Of a stretch of DNA of 64,000 bases, positions 1-8,183 are shown one piece after another. Source of the DNA: a virus (Duplodnaviria > Caudoviricetes); the IMG/VR virus record IMGVR_UViG_3300020112_000604, positions 119,721-183,720 of that record; one strand, 5' to 3'. The notes under the pieces are model-generated. The model was not told the DNA's origin. It was given only the letters and a program-made list of their open reading frames with translations, and ran no database searches. Position numbers and translations under genes: made by a program. Positions within the stretch are counted from its first letter, which is position 1, and every line of letters begins with the position of its first letter.

Positions 1-631
1 TGACCGTAGCTTCAATCTTATCTACATGTGCGAATGAAAGCTCACGTTTATTATATTCATTGAGGTCAACAATCTCACTCAGTTTAGCACCATTTTTGAA
101 CTGAGATTCTGACCAATTAGCGTGGTCTTCGAATATGCGGTTGAATTCATCTCTTGGGTCGTCATTACTGAGACCCAATACTGTACCACTTCCGAATTTG
201 TCTTTGAACCATTCATTTAAGAATCCCATACGAGTAGTTGCTACAAATTTGTCATCTGACAATGTATAATTGTCAAAATATTTATCCATATAGTCGTTTA
301 TCTCTAACAAATCCGTGCATAATTTTTCTATACCACCATTACGCATTATTATAGGACTATAAGCTGTGATGTACTTTATAGTGATATCATCATATTTATT
401 AGGGTTTTTAAAGTATTTATTAACAGCAGCTTCAATATCTTTGCGCTGAATATTCTTAACCAAGCCATCAACTTTTGATTTGAGTTTAACAAACAATCCA
501 GCAATCTTTTCACCAAGGTCTTTTAAAAACTGTATGAACTTAGCGAAAATGCCGTCTAAAACTTTTCCGGCCTTTTCACCAAGACCTTCGTTAACTACAG
601 TGTAGTTAAACGATTCTAAACATATATCCAT
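1..631 (-). CDS. Partial (3' end outside window) putative internal head protein, MDI(A/C)LESF propeptide family
   Basis: Not in ORF track. ATG at 631 with AAGGAGG SD reads MDICLESFNYTVVNEGLGEKAGK... open to the window edge; N-terminus matches 21678-22721 and 22736-23860. Confidence 0.75.
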   Translation of the reverse strand, partial: MDICLESFNYTVVNEGLGEKAGKVLDGIFAKFIQFLKDLGEKIAGLFVKLKSKVDGLVKNIQRKDIEAAVNKYFKNPNKYDDITIKYITAYSPIIMRNGGIEKLCTDLLEINDYMDKYFDNYTLSDDKFVATTRMGFLNEWFKDKFGSGTVLGLSNDDPRDEFNRIFEDHANWSESQFKNGAKLSEIVDLNEYNKRELSFAHVDKIEATV

Positions 632-663
632 AATATACAACCTCCTTAAGTATTCAAATACGT

Positions 664-675
664 TATTAAAAAGTT
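664..675 (-). promoter_or_regulatory. Late-type phage promoter AACT-N6-TA
   Basis: AACTTTTTAATA upstream of the SD of the 631 gene; motif recurs before many genes and resembles the AR9 late consensus AACA-N6-TA/G. Confidence 0.6.
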
Positions 676-684
676 GAAGTGGAA

Positions 685-717
685 AGTTACGTATTTCAGT
701 TGTATATTATTATAGTG
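685..717 (+). promoter_or_regulatory. Early-type phage promoter (TATATTAT core 703-710)
   Basis: TTTCAGTTGTATATTAT; six more copies upstream of non-structural operons; similar to the phiKZ early motif TATATTAC. Confidence 0.7.
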
Positions 718-794
718 ATAAGGAACAAGTGCATCACCTTATCTAATAAATTAAATCGCCTATGATGCAGGGCATATATGTACTTAGGAGGTAC
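717..794 (+). promoter_or_regulatory. Structured 5' leader (kissing-loop motif), copy 1
   Basis: GATAAGG/CCTTATC hairpin with loop TGCATCA; GCCT/GGGC hairpin with loop ATGATGCA; GTACTT/AGGTAC hairpin over the SD. Homologous copy at 41587-41660. Confidence 0.65.
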
Positions 795-799
795 TAATA

Positions 800-1069
800 A
801 TGAAAACAGCTATCAACAACTACATGAAGAAGAATAACATCTACGGCGCTATTGCTCACTCAGAACTGAGCACCGTAAACAAGGTGCTCGGCTGTATTTA
901 TACAGCCGTTGGTGCCGCTACAATCGGTGCAGCCATTGGCTTCATCGAAAGTGATGTACTCACAAATGACGGTAAAAACGTCAAGGCCGTTGTACATAAG
1001 ACTAAGGTTATGTGCAAGAAAATAGCACAGACTACTGTAGAATACGCTAAGGAAATGAACAGAAAGTAA
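800..1069 (+). CDS. Hypothetical early protein with Gly/Ala-rich hydrophobic segment
   Basis: AGGAGG SD; 89 aa; segment GCIYTAVGAATIGAAIGFI. Confidence 0.8.
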   Translation: MKTAINNYMKKNNIYGAIAHSELSTVNKVLGCIYTAVGAATIGAAIGFIESDVLTNDGKNVKAVVHKTKVMCKKIAQTTVEYAKEMNRK

Positions 1070-1082
1070 GGAGTGTCATACT

Positions 1083-1455
1083 ATGAAAGTAAAAATATTC
1101 ACAACAAGTTCTTGGAATGCGTCAAATCTCGAAAGCGAGGCTAATCGTTGGCTCGAAAAAAAATGATGTCGACATAATCGACATCAAAATTGCAGGAACT
1201 CAGGATAGAGCCATATTTGTATTAATGTACGAAGAGAAACCAGCAGCCTCAATGTCGGTAGAAGAAGCCATGATTGAAGCGGCACGTGCAGGAGCAATAT
1301 TGACAAGGAACAATGACGTTCCGAAAGAATCACCAAAACCAAGTCCGTGCGGATTTTGTTCTCTCTGCCCGGCAGACTCAAACGTGTGTCCGATAACCGG
1401 AAAGGATATCAACAAAGTCGACACGTGTTCTGAAAAGAAAATCGACATAAAGTAA
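1083..1455 (+). pseudogene. Cse60/DUF2758-like protein with Cys-rich tail, frameshifted at A8 (1156-1163)
   Basis: SD (AAGGAG) plus ATG 1083 gives MKVKIFTTSSWNASNLESEANRWLEKK*. Removing one A joins it to ...NDVDIIDIKIAG...FVLMYEE in the 1117-1455 frame, restoring the Cse60-like pattern. Confidence 0.6.
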
Positions 1456-1473
1456 ACACAAAACGCAGAAGAA

Positions 1474-1509
1474 CCGGGATACCTATCTAAGGTATCCCGG
1501 GTGTCTTTT
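1474..1509. terminator. Intrinsic terminator between convergent genes
   Basis: CCGGGATACCT/AGGTATCCCGG stem followed by TCTTTT. Confidence 0.75.
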
Positions 1510-1585
1510 GTGATATTATTTTTTTTATTTCAGCATTGTTGTGAGCTAGTCTCACATGTCATTTCCGTAATTAGAACAATCAGAA

Positions 1586-2551
1586 TTACGCTCGATAAAA
1601 ATGGTTGTACCATCCATCGCCCCACCATGAATCCGCTCCGGTTTCCCAATATCCAGAATCCCAGAAACCAGATTCTCCGTATGTGAAGTAATAATCGATC
1701 GCGTCGCTCATAGATGAAGCTGCGACACCGCTATAATATGTGTATCCTGGGGTATATCCGTATGGTACACATGCCGTATATATAAAAGCCTCTATAGACC
1801 AGCCATTTCTGTTACATGCGTTAAATGTTGCAGCAACAATCTTAGCACGTTCCACAAGAGACGCGCTTCCATATTCGTTAGCTATAAGACCACATAATAA
1901 GTTGTATTCGTAATCAGACATGCTAACGTTTCCACTTATATTAACCGGTTCCGGAACCGGTTCGATATATTCTATGTATCCTTCACACTGCACACCACAT
2001 TCTGTGCAGAGTCTTGCTTCTAATCCATCCGCATTATCTATTTTATATGCATCGCCACAATTCCAGTGACATGTATTCTTGTGAATATAATGTGTACTTG
2101 GTTTGTATACCAAGTATTCTTCTACGATTGGTGCCGGTGTAGTCTCTTCTACGTTTCTATCACATGGTTCTGGAAGTGGCTCAGGCTTCGGAACCGGTGT
2201 AGGTGTAGCTTCCTCTCTCACCGTAGGAATATTAGTCGTAGGAACTTCTTCCTTAGAATCAGCAACAGTGGATGCTACAGCTGTTGTTGAAGTAGTAACT
2301 GCTGAGTTGGTTGTAATGCTTGTTGTTACATAGGAAGTAGTTGTTTCTTTCATTGTTGTTGATGAAGAACTTGTAACGAGACTACCGTCGTCAGATACTG
2401 TAGTAACAGCTGTTGTTACAGTGTTACCCTTGGCACACTCTGTTGATCCGTTCTTCTTGGTTACACCTATAACAACACAAAGTATTGTTATAAATATAAT
2501 TGCTGAAATAGTTATCACCTTGACAATTTTAGAATTACTACTAGATTTCAT
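1586..2551 (-). CDS. Membrane-anchored protein: TM, Thr/Pro linker, Cys/His metal-binding motif, C-terminal SleB/Hydrolase_2-like cell wall hydrolase
   Basis: N-terminal hydrophobic helix; HYIHKNTCHW...CTEC; YNLLCGLIANEYG...GDGWYNHF resembles the SleB catalytic-Glu motif. Confidence 0.55.
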   Translation of the reverse strand: MKSSSNSKIVKVITISAIIFITILCVVIGVTKKNGSTECAKGNTVTTAVTTVSDDGSLVTSSSSTTMKETTTSYVTTSITTNSAVTTSTTAVASTVADSKEEVPTTNIPTVREEATPTPVPKPEPLPEPCDRNVEETTPAPIVEEYLVYKPSTHYIHKNTCHWNCGDAYKIDNADGLEARLCTECGVQCEGYIEYIEPVPEPVNISGNVSMSDYEYNLLCGLIANEYGSASLVERAKIVAATFNACNRNGWSIEAFIYTACVPYGYTPGYTYYSGVAASSMSDAIDYYFTYGESGFWDSGYWETGADSWWGDGWYNHFYRA

Positions 2552-2589
2552 TATAAACCTCCTTCTATCCCTAGGATCCTCCTAGCGAT

Positions 2590-2601
2590 TATAGACTAGT
2601 T
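2590..2601 (-). promoter_or_regulatory. Late-type promoter AACT-N6-TA
   Basis: AACTAGTCTATA upstream of the 2551 gene. Confidence 0.55.
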
Positions 2602-2654
2602 AGGTTTATAGTTAAAAAGTAAAAATATTACACGTTAAACTATAACATTTAAAA

Positions 2655-2767
2655 TAAGAGTGCTAGAATCTTCTCTAAATCTCTGTTATTTCTCCAAATT
2701 TGTGTTCGGTTTCATGTAATTCCTTTCCTATGGTCCCAGTACGATTATATCGTACTGGGAATCTTTT
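2655..2767 (+). ncRNA. Candidate sRNA (~110 nt) with anti-SD/anti-start tract
   Basis: Near-consensus promoter AACA-N7-TA at 2644; plus-strand terminator 2734-2767; no plus-strand ORF; contains TTTCATGTAATTCCTTTCC. Confidence 0.45.
2734..2767 (+). terminator. Intrinsic terminator (plus strand)
   Basis: TCCCAGTACGAT/ATCGTACTGGGA stem plus ATCTTTT. Confidence 0.75.
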
Positions 2768-2770
2768 GCG

Positions 2771-2806
2771 AAAAAGACCCCGTAGGCTATATTGGCCTAC
2801 GGGTCT
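2771..2806 (-). terminator. Intrinsic terminator, GTAGG/CCTAC family
   Basis: CCCGTAGGC/GCCTACGGG stem with T-run on the minus strand, after 2830-3666. Confidence 0.75.
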
Positions 2807-2829
2807 CTAATAGATGCTGTTATTTGTTT

Positions 2830-3666
2830 TTAGTTACCACTCAGGATGTCTTCACGATGTTCGTTAAAGTCCATCACTGATGAAAGAGACATGGCTCTAT
2901 CACCAACTCGCTCTTTGATAGATAAAAGTTCTTCTTTGGTCTTTTTATCCAAGAATGTGAGATAAACAAAACCTACGGTTTCACTGTTTTCGTTATAAAC
3001 GGATACTGCAACTGCTGCATTAAATCCGTCTCGTTTTAACCTGGCTATTGCCATAGGGAATGCATATTCCAATGACACCAAGTCATCAATAACGAATCCA
3101 CCGTCTTCGTTGATTGACGTAGATGAAAGTTCATCCATTACTGATAGTGGAACGCCTTGCTGTTCCGCGATTCTAGGAGTAACCTGTTTTTCTCTTCTTA
3201 CAATTTCCTGGATACATGTATACTTATAGAACGGTAATCCATGTGATGAATGTGTACCGTTGTGGAATACATAAACTGATATTCTGTCTGCATCAAAATC
3301 ATCTTTAGCTTTTAATAGCATTGGACGTATAGCTTTAGATATCTTATTGTAATTCGAAAGAATATCTACATTCTTTCGAGTCTCATCTTTGAATACTTTG
3401 GCAGTTTCCGCATGGACAATTTCTTCGATAAAGTGTTTAAGCTCTTCTCTAGTCATTGGTTTTTCACCATTGTCTCTAGTATCAGAAGTCTTCGAAAGCT
3501 CGTCGAGCTTACTCCACAATCTGTCCTGCGTTTTAGTATTCTGTTTTACAAACCAAAATATACCAAATATGAGTACTACACAACAAATAGTACCAAATCC
3601 ATAACGTTCAAATACTTCGGCAAAACCTCCTAGTTCGTCGGGTGACATCATTTTTTCTATCAGCAT
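2830..3666 (-). CDS. Putative holin-like membrane protein with C-terminal GAF-like domain
   Basis: Single N-terminal TM, coiled segment, then ADRISVYVFHNG...AVSVYN...VGFVYL GAF-like pattern; architecture like T4 holin T. Confidence 0.45.
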   Translation of the reverse strand: MLIEKMMSPDELGGFAEVFERYGFGTICCVVLIFGIFWFVKQNTKTQDRLWSKLDELSKTSDTRDNGEKPMTREELKHFIEEIVHAETAKVFKDETRKNVDILSNYNKISKAIRPMLLKAKDDFDADRISVYVFHNGTHSSHGLPFYKYTCIQEIVRREKQVTPRIAEQQGVPLSVMDELSSTSINEDGGFVIDDLVSLEYAFPMAIARLKRDGFNAAVAVSVYNENSETVGFVYLTFLDKKTKEELLSIKERVGDRAMSLSSVMDFNEHREDILSGN

Positions 3667-3685
3667 GATTTAAAATCCTCCTTTA

Positions 3686-6600
3686 TTAGAATTCAGCCAA
3701 CCATGAGTCGTCATCACTAGATACGAAATCTAGAAGAATTGCATTCTTTACAGCATCTTTAGAAATTCTATTTGGAAATACTTCTTCTTCATCACCTGAA
3801 GGTTCAGTATTTGTGTCCATCAGCCAATCGAGTACTTCAGGTTCTTCCGGAACCATGTCGTCTAATTTAGACGGTGCGTATTCGGTTAACTGATAGTCTT
3901 CGTTGGTATATAGGTAACGATAAACTTCCAGAGACAGCTCCATAGAGGCTGGGTTAGGATATTCATCTGTTACTTTAACGATGTCTGATGAAATATCCTT
4001 TACATCATCATATGATATTTTTCTTCCATTAACAAATACAAATGATGAGTTTCTGGATATTCCTGTCTTAGTATGTGTCTTGTCGATCTTTATATAACCA
4101 GAGTTTGTTTCTGGTGTACGTTTTATAACCGATTCGTTGAAATCGACGTTCATTTCATCCGGCACATAATATATGTCAACTACGTCACCTATTGCTAATG
4201 TAATGTTTGAATAGAATGTAATATGTCCTACCGGGTTAGATCCATGGTAATCGGCTTCAACCCAATAATATTCATGTGTTTCTGTGTTTTCTTTTGCTAA
4301 ATAATAGTGATTCTGTAAGAATCCGTCGGCATCATCACCGAGATAATGATATGTCTTACCTACCATATCTGCTGTAGGAGTTGTAAGCATAACCTCTACA
4401 TTTATTGGTTTGTTAACTCCAACACTTGGGGCAATAACGACATAACTTCTTGGCAGGCAACGCTGGTTAACAAACACCATGTACTGTCTTGGGTTAGTAC
4501 AGAACTTGAATGTCTCATTAAGTGAAACAGTTCTTGCTCCGAGAATCTCAATAGTAGTTCTCTGATGTCTGAACTGTCGTCTCGATGTAGTCCATCCGTT
4601 AGCATTATCCCAGAATAAGAGGTCTGATGGTGTGAGTTCAAGCTTATACATTTCCGGGTCAGGAATCAGATACCAGTCTGTTGTAGGCTCTGGATCTGGT
4701 TCTTCTGGTGGATCGTCGCCCTCCTCTTCTAGGCTATATTGATAGATGGCATCCATCAATTCCTGAATTTTGTCAATATCAGTATCTTGCACGGAGAATG
4801 TATCTGAAAGGTGAGATCTGAGCGATAATTCCGAATACATATTACTCTGGTCTGACAGACTGAAGTATTCAACCCAATTAGCCGATGCCGAGTTATACTG
4901 ATAATGACGTCCGTGCTTGAATGACATATAATCATCGCCGACAAAGAATATAATCATTCCGTTAGTTGGGTCAGTTGGTAATGAAGCATAGCTAGCTACT
5001 ACTGTAGACTTAGGGAAGTCTGTCTCGTAAGCTGCGGTTGCGGCATCATGTAATATGGCGTTGATTTCCGAATCGCTGATGTAGGTATCGATCATACCTT
5101 CAACTGCTGCTAATCCGGCTGGAGTTGTAATATTAACGAAAGCATCATAGCCAATATCAGAATCATCGAAATGAATTACTGGACCATTGATGAATTCAAC
5201 ACCTCCACCACTAGGCAGCGGAGTTACACCATGTCCTCTAACCCATGGGTCGGTTATGGTAAACGGAACCTGATATACCTGGTCCTGATGGTCCACCCTA
5301 CCTTCCGGTGTTATATCGGACCATAACTGTACTTCAGGTTTATCATACAGGTACTTACATGTGACAACAGAGTCGTTTATCTTTAACGGCATTATTGTAT
5401 TATTGCAGTACAGATAAAAGACGATTTCAATCTTGTCTTCGTTGGCACAAATGAAGTTTGGTACCTTGAAGTATCTGTCGTGGTATGTAATCTTGTCTGC
5501 ATTGGCATACAACTCACCATTTACGAAAATCATTACGTAATTCTCTCTATGGTTGGCAGGTCCACATACCATTTCAAGTGCACCTTCTGTATTGATGAAA
5601 CTCTGAATAGCTTCGCCGGTAGTAACAGCACTGAACTCGAATCTAGGTAATCCACATTCAAGTTTATCTGAATCATAATTAGCAATGTATGCTATGGCAG
5701 CTAAGAAGTTTTCTTCGTAAGACTTAGTATCATAAAATACGAAGTCGAATGAATCATTGATTCCTCCCATGCCATGGAAGAATCTCGGATCTTCTTTTTC
5801 TTCATGTGAAAACATTTCCGGAAGATTCTTTCTGAGAATCCATTCATCATTATTGATGAGTCCGTCGTATTCTTCCTGATAAGCTTCATCAACTATTCCC
5901 TTCATAACGTCACGGACTTCTTGAACGTCCTTCTCGAATATTTCTGAAATAAGATGATATAAAGCTTTCTTGGTGTCTTCGTTAGTATAAGTGATGATTT
6001 CATCCCACGGTGTAGGATATTCTTCAGCATTGTCGATATGAACGTTATGGAATTGGAATCCATACTTATCACTACGTGCTGCCATTCTATATATTTCGTC
6101 GATGAAAGTTTGGCAAGATAACTCAGTGTCATCAAGGAAGTCCTCGAATGCTGAGCCAAGTGTTTCAACGACACTATGTGCGAGTCTTAATGTATTGTCT
6201 TCGGTGTATTCAACCCTCTTGGATACTACAACCATAGCTCTAGAGTCTTCGTCAAATTCCTGATATCTTACGGAGATGATATTGAAGTTTCTACAGTCCA
6301 CTTCAGCATCTCTGATGAGACGACCATTCTGAAAACAATATACACAATTTGGTTTTACTTTATTCTTGTAGTGTAATCCTTCTACTCTTTCGAAAAACAT
6401 GGTGCCATATGTACCACGATGTGTTTCAGGATCGACAAACATTTCTTTCGAAAATACCAAAGGATCGTTGGAGTATACATGGAAACGACGCATATCTCCT
6501 TCGGATGTAGGTGCGGAAGTAATGGAACCGTTTCCGTCGAATGTAAATATCTCGTGCTCTGTAGGTACAGGTGATAAATATCTGTACTGAAGCATATCGA

Positions 6601-7189
6601 GTCTAGTGTAGTCTCTAATTAAAGTATCTCGGTTCTCCATCCAAGAAATATCAAGTAAAATATAATCATTGTATAAATCGGTTTTCATGCGGGTATATTC
6701 TATTGGAACGTATAACCCGTCTAGGAAGCACATAAAAGGTCTGATAATTCCGAGCTTAATTAAGTTCGGTAATGTTGCTTCCAATGTCGTGTCAATAACA
6801 ACACCGTAGACGCTGGTATTAGCGTCTACAGTGATGTCTGAAGGAAATTTGTCACGATTAACTGCCATAAGAGCGGCAACCGGAATAGAAGTGATAGCTG
6901 ATATGTCATTGAACGTTTCGTTCACTTTACCCTGTAAAGTGATAGTGTTATCAATAACACTACGCTGTCTGTCCGGCATATTGTTGAATAGTATCGATTC
7001 CGTCTGGAATATACGAACACTTGCACTTGAAGATAACACGTAGTCATCTTCAAATACATGTGTAGTAACAGGTTGAGTTGTAACACCGTCTATAAATTCA
7101 GGGACGAAAGCCTTACCCAGGCATCTGTTGACAGAGTCGGTCCTGGATCTAAGGTACTCGACCCGTTCTTTATAAGGTGGTATTATCAT
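3686..7189 (-). CDS. Large virion structural (baseplate-type) protein
   Basis: 1167 aa; repeated (M/V)FVNG beta motifs; late operon. Confidence 0.55.
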   Translation of the reverse strand: MIIPPYKERVEYLRSRTDSVNRCLGKAFVPEFIDGVTTQPVTTHVFEDDYVLSSSASVRIFQTESILFNNMPDRQRSVIDNTITLQGKVNETFNDISAITSIPVAALMAVNRDKFPSDITVDANTSVYGVVIDTTLEATLPNLIKLGIIRPFMCFLDGLYVPIEYTRMKTDLYNDYILLDISWMENRDTLIRDYTRLDMLQYRYLSPVPTEHEIFTFDGNGSITSAPTSEGDMRRFHVYSNDPLVFSKEMFVDPETHRGTYGTMFFERVEGLHYKNKVKPNCVYCFQNGRLIRDAEVDCRNFNIISVRYQEFDEDSRAMVVVSKRVEYTEDNTLRLAHSVVETLGSAFEDFLDDTELSCQTFIDEIYRMAARSDKYGFQFHNVHIDNAEEYPTPWDEIITYTNEDTKKALYHLISEIFEKDVQEVRDVMKGIVDEAYQEEYDGLINNDEWILRKNLPEMFSHEEKEDPRFFHGMGGINDSFDFVFYDTKSYEENFLAAIAYIANYDSDKLECGLPRFEFSAVTTGEAIQSFINTEGALEMVCGPANHRENYVMIFVNGELYANADKITYHDRYFKVPNFICANEDKIEIVFYLYCNNTIMPLKINDSVVTCKYLYDKPEVQLWSDITPEGRVDHQDQVYQVPFTITDPWVRGHGVTPLPSGGGVEFINGPVIHFDDSDIGYDAFVNITTPAGLAAVEGMIDTYISDSEINAILHDAATAAYETDFPKSTVVASYASLPTDPTNGMIIFFVGDDYMSFKHGRHYQYNSASANWVEYFSLSDQSNMYSELSLRSHLSDTFSVQDTDIDKIQELMDAIYQYSLEEEGDDPPEEPDPEPTTDWYLIPDPEMYKLELTPSDLLFWDNANGWTTSRRQFRHQRTTIEILGARTVSLNETFKFCTNPRQYMVFVNQRCLPRSYVVIAPSVGVNKPINVEVMLTTPTADMVGKTYHYLGDDADGFLQNHYYLAKENTETHEYYWVEADYHGSNPVGHITFYSNITLAIGDVVDIYYVPDEMNVDFNESVIKRTPETNSGYIKIDKTHTKTGISRNSSFVFVNGRKISYDDVKDISSDIVKVTDEYPNPASMELSLEVYRYLYTNEDYQLTEYAPSKLDDMVPEEPEVLDWLMDTNTEPSGDEEEVFPNRISKDAVKNAILLDFVSSDDDSWLAEF

Positions 7190-8139
7190 ATCAGACTTCC
7201 TCCTGTTTTAATAATTTCCTTGGCGAGCATAACCATGTTTGGACCGCAGATCTTCTCGATGGTCTTCTGGTTATTGATGTAGCATCCGACATAAGCATCT
7301 GTTACCATAGCTGCAAGAGCCGGCCAGTACTCTGTAGCGAATGCTGTCTTTGTTCCGTATATGAATAGCCATCTTTCGATAAATGCATCGAGAGACAGTG
7401 TTGGTATCTTGAGAACGTGACCAACGAACGAAATGAATGTCTTGATATCCTTAAACGGATTAGGCATATCGCTTGTTTCGATATACTTTTCGATGATGCC
7501 TTCTTCACGGTCTGAGAGTCCAGTCCATGATAATGCAGCATGTCTTAACTTCTTATATCCGTCTTCGATACCGCTCATATTCTCAGCAAAGTACATGCAA
7601 GCCATAAGCTTACATCTTGCGGTGAGGTTCTTATCGAGACTTATCTTGTGAAGATAATCAACGATGTTTGTGAAGAGCGATGCCCAGCACTGCATAGACA
7701 TAGTCCTTGCTTTAGCTGTACAGATAACGGATCTGAACTTCTCATCTGAGAAAGCAAAGTTTTCTGTAGCCGCGATAAGCTGAGCTATAAGCTGGTCGAT
7801 ATCAACGCATTTGTATTTACCAGCAATATTGTCATAACGGATAACTCTTGACACGTCCATGAATACCTTCTTAGCATTGCCCGACTTCACATCCTTAGCA
7901 ACGAATACGTTGAACTGTGTTGGAAGTGAAACCTCTGGAGCAAGTAAGATGCAGTTCTTACTCTGGAAGATAGTAATCATCCAGTTATCCATCTGGCGAT
8001 GTTTGAATTCATTTATAATGTCATCAAACTTAGGATCATTCTGATTAAGCCTTTCAGCTTTAAGCATGCATTCTACGATCTTCTTCTCGTATTCTGGATT
8101 CATAGTATACAGATACGATTCAGAATATTTTGTAGCCAT
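7186..8139 (-). CDS. Conserved hypothetical (probable virion) protein
   Basis: 317 aa; AAGGAGG SD; own late-type promoter. Confidence 0.7.
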   Translation of the reverse strand: MATKYSESYLYTMNPEYEKKIVECMLKAERLNQNDPKFDDIINEFKHRQMDNWMITIFQSKNCILLAPEVSLPTQFNVFVAKDVKSGNAKKVFMDVSRVIRYDNIAGKYKCVDIDQLIAQLIAATENFAFSDEKFRSVICTAKARTMSMQCWASLFTNIVDYLHKISLDKNLTARCKLMACMYFAENMSGIEDGYKKLRHAALSWTGLSDREEGIIEKYIETSDMPNPFKDIKTFISFVGHVLKIPTLSLDAFIERWLFIYGTKTAFATEYWPALAAMVTDAYVGCYINNQKTIEKICGPNMVMLAKEIIKTGGSLI

Positions 8140-8171
8140 ATATATGTACCTCCTTTAGTAGTAAACATTGT

Positions 8172-8183
8172 TACTTGAATGTT
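8172..8183 (-). promoter_or_regulatory. Late-type promoter AACA-N6-TA
   Basis: AACATTCAAGTA. Confidence 0.6.

Noticed and set aside
717-794. Pistol or hammerhead ribozyme, or ZTP riboswitch, as identity of the leader
   Set aside because: Topology is superficially similar, but the conserved catalytic or ligand nucleotides and helix order (e.g. CUGAUGA/GAAA, pistol P2-P3 arrangement, ZTP J1/2) are absent.
2658-2666. GAGTGCTAG resembles half of a CIRCE operator
   Set aside because: No TTAGCACTC partner 9 nt upstream, and it is far from the chaperonin gene.
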